Assembly: GCA_937903605.1 (NCBI GenBank)
Contig: CALCZC010000013.1
Location: 1-48,989 of the forward strand
DNA length: 48,989 nucleotides
Source of the DNA: an uncultured bacterium
Lineage (GTDB): Bacteria > Patescibacteriota > Patescibacteriia > Magasanikbacterales > GWA2-37-8
Reading direction: 5' to 3'
Shown: one piece after another, positions 36,827 to 45,934 of the stretch
How positions within the stretch are numbered: the stretch's first letter is position 1
How the letters are laid out: every line of letters starts with the position of its first letter
Translations under genes and position numbers: made by a program
The notes under the pieces: generated by a model
Told to the model about the DNA's origin: nothing
Database searches by the model: none
The model's input: only the letters and a program-made list of their open reading frames with translations

Positions 36827-38629
36827 ATGCCAAAAATTAAGGATATGCCTAAGATTGACCGCCCAAGAGAACGATTTTTGCAAAAAGGGGCTGATGCACT
36901 TTCAAAGAGTGATCTTTTGGCAATTCTTTTGGGTAGCGGAATTAAGGGGAAAAATGTTAGACAGCTTTCGGAAAATATTATTAAAAAATTCGGTAAAAAC
37001 TTTTTAAATATCACCGTTGATGATCTTTTAGAAATTTCGGGAATTGGACAAGCTAAAGCATTACAAATTGCTTCCGCTGTTTCGTTAGTAAAAAGATTTT
37101 ACGACGAGGACAAAACAAACGAAATTGTTATAAAAAACTCTCAAGATGTTTTATCCCTTACTTATGATTTAAGAGACAAGAAAAAAGAACATTTAGTTTG
37201 TCTTTATTTGAACGCACGAAATGTTTTGTTGAAAAAAGAAATTGTTAGTGTAGGTCTTTTAGACAAAGCATTGCTACATCCGAGAGAAATTTTTTACCCT
37301 GCAACCGAATTAAACGCCGCCAGTGTAATTTTGGTTCACAATCACCCTTCGGGCGATTCTTCACCTAGCGAAAAAGACAACCAAATTATTGAAAAAATTG
37401 TGCAAGCCGGCGAGATCATGGGAATACCTGTTATTGATTTTATTATTATTTCGACAAATGGAAATTATAGTTTTTTTGAAAAGTTAAAAGGTCAAAACAC
37501 AAATTTTGATTATGTAGCGGATGGTGTACAGGGAACGCTTTTTAATCTGTTGGAAATTGAAAAATCACCTTACGAGGTAACGATAAAAAAGATCGAAAAG
37601 CCATATTTTCATTTTTCAAAGACAAAAAGCAATTCATTCCAGCTACAAAATAGAAGATATTTAGGAAACAAGCATAAATTACTTGGTTTTATTGAAGATA
37701 TTGTTTCTGAAAAATGCAATGGAATAAAATCATTTTGCGATATTTTTGCCGGCACAGGCGTTGTTGGCGAAAGATTTAATAAGCCCACAATCAAAGTTAT
37801 TTCAAATGACATACTTTTTAGTAACTACGCTTGTCTAAAAGCTTTTCTCGGCATAAACACAAACATAGATAACATTACGGAAAAAATAAAAATTTTAAAT
37901 AACCTACAAGCTACTGAAGATAATTATTTCTCAAAGCATTTTGGAAATACTTATTTTTCACTAGAAAACGCTAAAAAAATTGGGGCTATCAGAGAAGAAA
38001 TAGAAAATATTGCAGAATCCGAAGAAGAAAAAAACGCTCTCATTTGCTCGCTATTATATGCAGTTGACAAAGTTGCAAACACCGTCGGTCACTATGATGC
38101 CTTTCGTAAAGATTTAGACATGATTCAGCCAATAATGCTGTTAACGCCAGATATTGATTACTCAAACAATGCAAATAACGAAGTTTACAAGGAAGATGCA
38201 AATATTTTGATTAGAAAAATTTCTTGTGATGTATTGTATATCGACCCGCCATATAACTCACGTCAATATTCAGATGCTTATCACTTGCTTGAAAATCTTG
38301 CGGAATGGAAAAAACCAGAAGTCGAAGGAGTGGCAAAAAAAATGGATCGTTCACACATCAAAAGTTCCTACTGCCTCAAAAATGCGACGCAGGCATTTGA
38401 AGATTTAATCAGAAATGCGGATTGTAAACATATTTTATTATCATATAATAATACTGGGGATTCAAAAGACGGACGATCAAATGCCAGAATTTCTGACAAT
38501 GACATTTTAAGAATATTAAAAAACAAAGGAGAAGTTGAAATTTTTGAAAGAGATTACAAAGCCTTTACCGCGGGCAAGAGTAATGGCGACGGAAATGCGG
38601 AAAGAATTTTTTATTGCAAAGTAAACTAA
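36827..38629 (+). CDS. RadC (JAB) - D12-class N6-adenine DNA methyltransferase fusion
   Basis: PRERF...LLAILLGSG, HPREIF and VHNHPSGDSSPSEKD (RadC), then RRYLGNK, DIFAGTG and YIDPPYN (MTase), in one frame. Confidence 0.9.
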   Translation: MPKIKDMPKIDRPRERFLQKGADALSKSDLLAILLGSGIKGKNVRQLSENIIKKFGKNFLNITVDDLLEISGIGQAKALQIASAVSLVKRFYDEDKTNEIVIKNSQDVLSLTYDLRDKKKEHLVCLYLNARNVLLKKEIVSVGLLDKALLHPREIFYPATELNAASVILVHNHPSGDSSPSEKDNQIIEKIVQAGEIMGIPVIDFIIISTNGNYSFFEKLKGQNTNFDYVADGVQGTLFNLLEIEKSPYEVTIKKIEKPYFHFSKTKSNSFQLQNRRYLGNKHKLLGFIEDIVSEKCNGIKSFCDIFAGTGVVGERFNKPTIKVISNDILFSNYACLKAFLGINTNIDNITEKIKILNNLQATEDNYFSKHFGNTYFSLENAKKIGAIREEIENIAESEEEKNALICSLLYAVDKVANTVGHYDAFRKDLDMIQPIMLLTPDIDYSNNANNEVYKEDANILIRKISCDVLYIDPPYNSRQYSDAYHLLENLAEWKKPEVEGVAKKMDRSHIKSSYCLKNATQAFEDLIRNADCKHILLSYNNTGDSKDGRSNARISDNDILRILKNKGEVEIFERDYKAFTAGKSNGDGNAERIFYCKVN

Positions 38630-38634
38630 AATCT

Positions 38635-40470
38635 ATGAAAAAACCTTGGTCAATAACAACAACTACCAGAAGTCCTTACCGACTAAAAGAGCAACTGCGA
38701 GTATTAGTTGATAATTTTTCCGGCTTTGAGTGGACAAGAGAAAATCAGATAAATTTTCAGATTTCTTTGATTCAACACCGCTTATATGGACACAACGAAG
38801 ATACCGGTTTTTCTCAACAATTTTTAAACGGCTTGTCGGAAACACACAAAGAAATATTCACTGATTTTTCGCATATCTTAACTTTTGAAGAAGCTAAAGA
38901 GATATTTGATAGCAAAAATTACGAGGATCCCTCAATGAGAGGTCGACAATCCTTTAACCCATTTAAAAAATTCGGATTTGTGAGATTGAGAAAGAAAATT
39001 TTAGAAATAACACCATTCGGTGAGAATTTTTTGTCTAATGAGCATGATCTTTCAGATATATTTTTTAGTAGTTTTATAAAATGGCAATTACCTAATCCCG
39101 ATAATTCTGGCTACAAATTGGCTGACGGCTACAATATAAAACCATTTATTGGAATACTCCACCTTATACGCAAGGTGAATGAAAAATCTTTGGCATTAGG
39201 AGAAAAAAATAAAGGAATTAGTAAGGCAGAATTTTCATTATTTGGCCCCTCGCTAGTAAATTTTAATGACGTTGATTCATACGCTGAAAAAATTATTGGC
39301 TTACGACAAAAATTGAATGGAAAAAATAAGCAAGAACAAAAAGCTATTTTTGAGCAGTATAAAAAAACTTTTGCAAAAGAATTTCTCCAGTCCGACAATC
39401 CAAAAGGAGTAAATAAACTCCTTAAAAACTTGAAAGATTACGGCGATAATGCCATTAGGTACTTCCGATTAACTAACTATATCTATATTCGTGGTGGTGG
39501 TTTTTATATTGATTTAGAGCCGAGAAGGTCTGTTGAAATTAACGCCTTGCTAGATTTTGACAATGCACAATCCAAAACATTCGCAACTAAAGAGGCGTAT
39601 TTTGATTACATTTCCGACATTGCGCAACCGCATCTCCCTTGGGAAACAAAAGAAAAGTACATTGAGATTGTTGCCAAACTTATTGAAGAAGTAAAGAATT
39701 ATGAAACTGAATTAGAAAAAGAGCCCGTTGTAATACAGGACTATTCAAAATTGGAGGAAACTGAACTAAAAACATACATTGCCGAGCTTAGAAAATACCG
39801 ACGAGAATTACAAGATCAAGAAGCTCACAGTAAATCCCAAGACACAGAAGCAATAAAATCCTATATCCAAGAATTGGAAAATATTTTTGATGCCGATGAC
39901 AAACCTATACTGCTTGAAAAACTTTCATCGTTAGGCTTGCACGCACTAAACGATGCTCTAAAAATACAACCAAATTATCCTGTCGGAGACGACAACGAGC
40001 CAACATTTACAGCACCAGCCAACACGCCCGATATAGAATGCTTTTATAAAAGCTTCAATGCTATTTGCGAAGTAACAATGCTCACGGGACGAGATCAATG
40101 GTATAATGAGGGTCAGCCAGTTATGAGACATTTAAGGGATTTTGAAAGTAAATATAATGACAAAAACTCTTATTGCTTGTTTATTGCGCCAAAAATTCAC
40201 AGGGATACAGTCAATACTTTTTGGACTGCTATAAAATATGAATATGAAGGCAAAAAACAAAGGATAATTCCCCTGTCAATCGGCAATTTTGTTTCTCTTC
40301 TGAATATCTTGGTTAAAATAAAATCAGAAAATAAATTTTTGAAGCACAGCGAAATTTCCAGACTGTATGATGAAATAATCAATTCATCAAATTCTTTTAA
40401 CGATTCCAACGAATGGCTCAAAAATATTCCTGCGACTATTTCGTCATGGCAAGAAAGCCTAACATTCTAA
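38635..40470 (+). CDS. AlwI/Nt.BstNBI-family type IIS restriction endonuclease
   Basis: WSITTTTRSPYR, DPSMRGRQS and PTFTAPANTPDIEC...EVTMLTGRDQWYNEGQPVMRH; flanked by two MTases. Confidence 0.85.
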   Translation: MKKPWSITTTTRSPYRLKEQLRVLVDNFSGFEWTRENQINFQISLIQHRLYGHNEDTGFSQQFLNGLSETHKEIFTDFSHILTFEEAKEIFDSKNYEDPSMRGRQSFNPFKKFGFVRLRKKILEITPFGENFLSNEHDLSDIFFSSFIKWQLPNPDNSGYKLADGYNIKPFIGILHLIRKVNEKSLALGEKNKGISKAEFSLFGPSLVNFNDVDSYAEKIIGLRQKLNGKNKQEQKAIFEQYKKTFAKEFLQSDNPKGVNKLLKNLKDYGDNAIRYFRLTNYIYIRGGGFYIDLEPRRSVEINALLDFDNAQSKTFATKEAYFDYISDIAQPHLPWETKEKYIEIVAKLIEEVKNYETELEKEPVVIQDYSKLEETELKTYIAELRKYRRELQDQEAHSKSQDTEAIKSYIQELENIFDADDKPILLEKLSSLGLHALNDALKIQPNYPVGDDNEPTFTAPANTPDIECFYKSFNAICEVTMLTGRDQWYNEGQPVMRHLRDFESKYNDKNSYCLFIAPKIHRDTVNTFWTAIKYEYEGKKQRIIPLSIGNFVSLLNILVKIKSENKFLKHSEISRLYDEIINSSNSFNDSNEWLKNIPATISSWQESLTF

Positions 40471-40473
40471 CTT

Positions 40474-41250
40474 ATGGGTATGAAAACAAACATTATTTAT
40501 AACGACGATTGCGTAGATATACTCAAATTAAAAATTGATAAGGAATCAATTGATCTTATTTTTGCCGATCCGCCATATAACTTATCTGGCAACGGACTAT
40601 CTTGGAAAGGCAATAAAACTGGTGGTGATTGGTACATGGTAAATGAGGCATGGGACAGAATGTCCGCACCAGAATACCTGCAATTTACCAGAAAATGGAT
40701 TGGTGGTGCCTATCGTGCATTGAAAGACGGCGGATCAATTTATATTTCCTGCACTTATCACAATATCGCAGAAGTCATGATTGTTTTGAAGCAACTGGAT
40801 TTCAAAATCAATAATATCATCACTTGGCAAAAAACAAATGCGATGCCGAATATGACAAGACGAGTTTTTACACACTCTACTGAATTTGTAGTTTGGGCGG
40901 TAAAAGGCAAAAAATGGATTTTTAACTACGAAGAATTAAAGAAACTAAACCCCGACAAACAGAAAGACGGATCTCTAAAACAAATGCGAGACGTTTGGCA
41001 ATTGCCTCTCGTTCAGGGCAAAGAAAGAATCAGAGGAAATGATAACAGGGCTATTCACCCCACCCAAAAGCCAGAAGAAATGTTGCGTCGTATTATTCTC
41101 GCATCTTCGAACAAGGGCGATATTGTTCTTGATCCATTTTTAGGTAGTGGGACGACAACTTTTGTAGCAAAAAAACTTGGGAGGAAATGGATAGGAATAG
41201 AAAAGGACAAAAAATATTTTACGGTTGCGGAAAAAAGAATGAATTATTAG
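40474..41250 (+). CDS. beta-class N4/N6 DNA methyltransferase
   Basis: [14 protein letters not shown] and [11 protein letters not shown]. Confidence 0.93.
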   Translation: MGMKTNIIYNDDCVDILKLKIDKESIDLIFADPPYNLSGNGLSWKGNKTGGDWYMVNEAWDRMSAPEYLQFTRKWIGGAYRALKDGGSIYISCTYHNIAEVMIVLKQLDFKINNIITWQKTNAMPNMTRRVFTHSTEFVVWAVKGKKWIFNYEELKKLNPDKQKDGSLKQMRDVWQLPLVQGKERIRGNDNRAIHPTQKPEEMLRRIILASSNKGDIVLDPFLGSGTTTFVAKKLGRKWIGIEKDKKYFTVAEKRMNY

Positions 41251-41254
41251 AAAT

Positions 41255-43279
41255 ATGAACAATAATGAATCAAAAACAAACGGCTGGCTACATAATAGGT
41301 TTTTCCTATTTTTAACTTTTACTATTGCTTTGCTTGGTGCAAATTATTTTTTTACAGGAAACCTTTTTCCTAGCACTAATACAAAAGAGCTTTGGTTTTA
41401 CTCTGGAATTTTCATGGTTCTTTTTTCGATTCTTTTTATTGAGCCGTATTATACATCTCCTAAAAATGTTATAACCAACGCCATCCCGCTATTGCTTGTT
41501 TTTCTTTCGATAGAAAATACCTTTGAAAACAAAATCTTATGGTGGATTGCGGTTGCAATAATTTTAGCTCTACTTTTCTTTTCAATTATCGCAATTGCGT
41601 TAGAGGATAAAAATAAAAGTCCAAATCATTTGAAAAATAAATTTTCAGAATTGTTAAAAAAACTTGTAGTAATTGTCGGCAAGGGAAAAATTATCTATTC
41701 CGCAGTTTTTCTTTTATTCTTATTCGTTAACATTACATCAAAACCGGCAGAAGATTTTAATCAGATATTTGATAGTTATTTTGTGGTTTTACTAATCTTT
41801 TGGGGCTTAATTCTTTCTATTGATCCGAAAGAAATAAATAATACTTTTTCTTTAAAGAAAAAAATACTTAATGATGATGCACTAGGCGAAATTTTTGGAG
41901 TTCAATCTAGAAAAATATTTCTGGTAAAACTTTTTGAGGATAGAAAAGAAATAAAAAAGTTTGACATAGTAAGATTTAGATATTCAATGCAGGATTCAAA
42001 TGATTTTTTAATATCAGGCATTGTTTTTGACACATATTTACTTAATCAAGAGAAGTGGGCAAAGGTTTTGCAATTAGGGAAAATAGCAAAAAACAGTTCT
42101 AGTGCCGAAAAAAATGTTGTTTATAAAGTATCAAATAGCGAAGAAATCGACACACTGGAAAAAGAATTACGCACAGATCGCTTTGTTGGTATTGTGATTG
42201 AAGGCTCAAACATAGGAAAAATTAAATTTGAGTATTCAAAAAAACAAGAGGATTTACAAGAGGGAGATTTAATCGAACTAAAAACAAATGATAAAAGATT
42301 ATTTTATCAAGTAATTAACGGACTAACTGAAAAGGAATCTTTGGAACATCGAAATGAAACAAGTTTTATTAAAGGCGAGGCAATTCAACTTGGAGAATGG
42401 AAAAACGATGATCTCTCCTTTCAAAAATATGGCTGGGTACCTTCCATAAATACGCCTATTTTTAAAGCTGACACGTCTGATATTGAAGTGAAGAGTTTTA
42501 ATTATCCCGAATACAAACTTGGAATAATTCCCAATACTTCATTGCCTTCTGTAATTAACTTAGCTCAAGCAGTTAGTCATCATATGGCTCTATTAGGCGT
42601 TACTGGATCAGGTAAATCCTTTCTCGCTCGCGAAATTATAAAAGAATTAACTAATGATACAAAAATAATTTGTGTTGATTTTACAAGTGAATGGAAAAAG
42701 GAGGTTGAAAAAACAGCAATTACTCCAACAATATTAAACAAGGACAATATAGACACTTTTTTAAGCGGTACGGATAAAATTGGGATTGTTGAATTGCCCG
42801 CAATGAGTAATACAGTTGAAATTATAAGTGCCACAGAAAAACTTTTTGAAGCAATATTTAATTTTGCAAAAAAGAAATACGACGAACAAAATCCAACAAA
42901 AATATCTCTCGTACTTGAAGAAGCTCACACAATAGTTCCTGAAGAAAAATTTTTAGGTGTTAATAATTGGGATAGTAAGGCTATAGTAAATAAGATGGGG
43001 CAGATTGCCTTACAGGGCAGAAAATACGGAATAGGCTTACTTGTCATCGCACAAAGAACTGCAAATGTTTCTAAAACAGTTTTAACGCAATGTAATACAG
43101 TTATTTGTTTTCAAGCATTTGACGAGACTAGTTTTAATTTCTTAGGAAATTATGTCGGCAAAGATCTCGTTCTGACACTTCCAAATTTAAAACAATACCA
43201 TGCAATTGTTACTGGCAAAGCTATCAAATCAAATGTTCCAATGATTATTGATTTAGAAAGAAAAAAGGAGAAAGAATAA
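41255..43279 (+). CDS. Membrane-anchored HerA/FtsK-like (DUF87) ATPase
   Basis: About 6 N-terminal TM helices, HAS-barrel-like middle, HMALLGVTGSGKS, LVLEEAH and GRKYGIGLLVIAQR. Confidence 0.85.
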   Translation: MNNNESKTNGWLHNRFFLFLTFTIALLGANYFFTGNLFPSTNTKELWFYSGIFMVLFSILFIEPYYTSPKNVITNAIPLLLVFLSIENTFENKILWWIAVAIILALLFFSIIAIALEDKNKSPNHLKNKFSELLKKLVVIVGKGKIIYSAVFLLFLFVNITSKPAEDFNQIFDSYFVVLLIFWGLILSIDPKEINNTFSLKKKILNDDALGEIFGVQSRKIFLVKLFEDRKEIKKFDIVRFRYSMQDSNDFLISGIVFDTYLLNQEKWAKVLQLGKIAKNSSSAEKNVVYKVSNSEEIDTLEKELRTDRFVGIVIEGSNIGKIKFEYSKKQEDLQEGDLIELKTNDKRLFYQVINGLTEKESLEHRNETSFIKGEAIQLGEWKNDDLSFQKYGWVPSINTPIFKADTSDIEVKSFNYPEYKLGIIPNTSLPSVINLAQAVSHHMALLGVTGSGKSFLAREIIKELTNDTKIICVDFTSEWKKEVEKTAITPTILNKDNIDTFLSGTDKIGIVELPAMSNTVEIISATEKLFEAIFNFAKKKYDEQNPTKISLVLEEAHTIVPEEKFLGVNNWDSKAIVNKMGQIALQGRKYGIGLLVIAQRTANVSKTVLTQCNTVICFQAFDETSFNFLGNYVGKDLVLTLPNLKQYHAIVTGKAIKSNVPMIIDLERKKEKE

Positions 43280-43541
43280 ATGGGGTAAGCAAATAAAAGG
43301 CAAAAATTCCCTCCCCTTAAACCCCTTCCTTTTTGCCTTTTATTTGAAGAGAATAAGGAGTTTTGGATTTTGGGCATTCACCCCTAACCCCTCTGCCCAA
43401 AATCCAAAACAAAAAAACAAATTTATGATTATTGAATAAAAAGCCTGTCAAAATGAAATTGAATGAAAAATATTTTTTGAACTCGCTCCTTTCAATCGCG
43501 CCCCGCTGCGCTCTCGCCTCCGCTACGCTACGGCTCGGGGC

Positions 43542-43640
43542 GTATAACACAGCGTATGCGGTTCGGGGCTCGGCTCGCCCCTCACCCATATTTTTGCTCC
43601 CGTTGGTCGCAAAAACATCGCATACGCTGGAACGTTGCGC
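43542..43640 (+). other. attC site 1
   Basis: R'' GTATAAC, L'' CAGCGTATGCG, L' CGCATACGCTG, then GAAC-G|TT. CGTATAAC complements the cassette start G+TTATACG (36640). Confidence 0.85.
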
Positions 43641-43787
43641 AAAATTTCGCTTCGCTCATTTTGCGCAATGTGCGGCGCATAACTGCGCCAGCTGTGCTTC
43701 GCGAAGCTTCGCACAACTGTCGCATATCCAAAATGGCGATCTGATGACAAAGTCATCATCTCACCACTTCGGATTATGCGCCGCACA
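43635..43787 (+). mobile_element. 153-bp mini-cassette type A, copy 2
   Basis: Identical to 36487-36639. Confidence 0.9.
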
Positions 43788-43811
43788 TTATATGAAATAC
43801 ATCACAAAATT

Positions 43812-44612
43812 ATGATAATCGACAGTCATTTACATCTATCATACTTAGATGAAGAGAAAAAAAATCTTTTCGAAGTAAAAAAAGAACTTTTAGAATCAAT
43901 GGAAAAATACGGTATTGATTATTCGATTGTCATTCCCGATAACGTGCCAAACCCAAAATGCGCTGATACAGAAACAATGTTTAATATCATTGGAGACGAC
44001 AAACAGTTTTTTTCAATGGGAACCATAAATATTTTTCAAGATATAGAAAAACAAATATTAAATTTAGAATCACTGATAACGGCCAAAAAAATTTGCGCTA
44101 TCAAGCTTTTTCCTGGACACGACCCCTTCTATCCTGTCGATGAGAAATGCCAACTAATTTATGAATTATGCGCTAAACACGATATTCCAGTTGTTTTTCA
44201 TACTGGTGCAAACACTGGAAATGCTGATTGCGCAAAATATAATGATCCAAAATACATTGTCGAAATTGCAAAAAAATACAACACCTTAAAAGTTGTCATT
44301 TCACATTTTTTTTGGCCTAAGATGGAATATTGTTATGAGGCAACCAAAGACTTGAAAAATATTTATTACGATACTTCAGCAATGGCAGATGATGAAGTTG
44401 TTGAAAGTTCTGGTGGCTGGGATAAAGTTGTAGAAATATTGAAAAAAACTGTTTTACATAAACCTAAAAACGTTTTGTTTGGCACTGACTGGCCAATGTG
44501 CCCTGTCGATAAACACATAAAATTAATCAAAGATTTGGGATTAGATTCCAGAACCGAAGAAAAGATTTTTTTTCTTAACACAGTTGATCTATATAAACTC
44601 GAAATTTTGTGA
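43812..44612 (+). CDS. Amidohydrolase_2-family metal-dependent hydrolase (cassette gene)
   Basis: IIDSHLHL, IKLFPG, VVFHTG, ISHFFWP, YYDTS and LFGTDWP. Start moved to ATG 43812. Confidence 0.88.
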   Translation: MIIDSHLHLSYLDEEKKNLFEVKKELLESMEKYGIDYSIVIPDNVPNPKCADTETMFNIIGDDKQFFSMGTINIFQDIEKQILNLESLITAKKICAIKLFPGHDPFYPVDEKCQLIYELCAKHDIPVVFHTGANTGNADCAKYNDPKYIVEIAKKYNTLKVVISHFFWPKMEYCYEATKDLKNIYYDTSAMADDEVVESSGGWDKVVEILKKTVLHKPKNVLFGTDWPMCPVDKHIKLIKDLGLDSRTEEKIFFLNTVDLYKLEIL

Positions 44613-44620
44613 TGTACTTC

Positions 44621-44777
44621 ATATAACACCTGCCTATGCGGTTACAGAATTTTTCCAAATCCAATTAACGCCAAGGAATAAAAAATTCTTCCACCCAAAT
44701 TTTTATCTTTCTTTTCTTAAGAGAATTAACATCAAGGAAGAAAGATAAAAACTTCGCATCATCCGGATACGTTGCGC
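44621..44777 (+). other. attC site 2
   Basis: CATATAAC complements the cassette start G+TTATATG (43788); CTATGCG...CGCAT arms (imperfect, possibly hybrid); GGATAC-G|TT. Confidence 0.75.
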
Positions 44778-44924
44778 AAAATTTCGCTTCGCTCATTTTG
44801 CGCAATGTGCGGCGCATAACTGCGCCAGCTGTGCTTCGCGAAGCTTCGCACAACTGTCGCATATCCAAAATGGCGATCTGATGACAAAGTCATCATCTCA
44901 CCACTTCGGATTATGCGCCGCACA
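44772..44924 (+). mobile_element. 153-bp mini-cassette type A, copy 3
   Basis: Identical to copy 1. Confidence 0.9.
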
Positions 44925-44943
44925 TTATATAAAATTTTATACT

Positions 44944-45270
44944 ATGAAAAAATTGATTGTCGTTTTATCCAGCGGTGCATTGGTTCTACCAGAAATAGCT
45001 AATGCGTGTTATTTAACGCCCAATTTTAAGAATATTTTTTTAAGTGGCATTATTGGCCTGGTCTTATCCGCCATACTGATAACATTAATTCATAAAAAAA
45101 TAAGTAAGTTATTTGCAAAAAAATACAAATATTATTTGCTGTTTATACCAATTTACATAATAATGACCTTGATACTCATTATGATTATCCCGCTGGATAA
45201 AACGACAATTGAATGTGGGAATACTACAGGAAATGAGCAACTACCAGAAAATTTTGGCAAAACGCCATAA
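44944..45270 (+). CDS. Small membrane protein (cassette gene)
   Basis: 108 aa from ATG 44944, signal-like N-terminus and 2 TM helices. Confidence 0.7.
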   Translation: MKKLIVVLSSGALVLPEIANACYLTPNFKNIFLSGIIGLVLSAILITLIHKKISKLFAKKYKYYLLFIPIYIIMTLILIMIIPLDKTTIECGNTTGNEQLPENFGKTP

Positions 45271-45313
45271 ATACCGGAAATCAAAACGATATTTTTTCAT
45301 AGTATAAAACTTT

Positions 45314-45726
45314 ATATAACAGCGTATATACGGCTCACAAGCGAAATAAAATTATTTTTTCTTTTATGCGTGGAGATAACAACATTTTACGGTTAGACGG
45401 CGCAAATATGGATATTGATTTGACTTCCGGGGATAAAACTTCGTGGAAGCAAACAGAATGTCCATGGAATGAGGCCGAGGGTACAAATGAACACAAATGC
45501 GCCGTCAAAAATGTTTCTATTTGCAAATATTTCTGCGGAATTGAGTATTTAGACAATGTTTTGTGCTGTTATCCCAACAAAAATATGCTGGTGGATAACA
45601 AACAGAAAAAATAATTATATTTTTAATCGCTTGTTCGCCCAAATTCGGTTTCCGTTTTGTGTTGGCGCTCCGCGCAATTTTAACACAAAACTACAACCGA
45701 ACTTCGTATATACGCGTACATTGCGC
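45314..45726 (+). other. attC site 3, with a ~400-bp variable region containing an ORF
   Basis: TTATATAAC complements the cassette start G+TTATATAA (44925); GCGTATATACG (45322-45332) pairs with CGTATATACGC (45705-45715); then GTAC-A|TT. Confidence 0.75.
45366..45614 (+). CDS. Small Cys-rich hypothetical protein inside attC3
   Basis: 82-aa ATG ORF with 6 Cys; protein-like composition in otherwise structured DNA. Confidence 0.55.
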   Translation: MRGDNNILRLDGANMDIDLTSGDKTSWKQTECPWNEAEGTNEHKCAVKNVSICKYFCGIEYLDNVLCCYPNKNMLVDNKQKK

Positions 45727-45873
45727 AAAATTTCGCTTCGCTCATTTTGCGCAATGTGCGGCGCATAACTGCGCCAGCTGTGCTTCGCGAAGCTTCGCAC
45801 AACTGTCGCATATCCAAAATGGCGATCTGATGACAAAGTCATCATCTCACCACTTCGGATTATGCGCCGCACA
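45721..45873 (+). mobile_element. 153-bp mini-cassette type A, copy 4
   Basis: Identical to copy 1. Confidence 0.9.
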
Positions 45874-45934
45874 TTAAGTGAAATTGAATTTTGACAACGA
45901 TTGTAAAATACAAGTTCATTTATAAAATAACCTT

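Noticed and set aside
32988-44612. Alternative genetic code 25 (UGA=Gly) as in Gracilibacteria/Absconditabacteria
   Set aside because: TGA acts as a stop (ATGA overlap at 32987-32990; 44610-44612), and conserved genes are full length under code 11.
36487-45873. 153-bp repeats read as a CRISPR array
   Set aside because: Repeats are far too long, spacers are 0.8-7 kb and contain genes, no cas genes are present, and the boundaries coincide with att cores.
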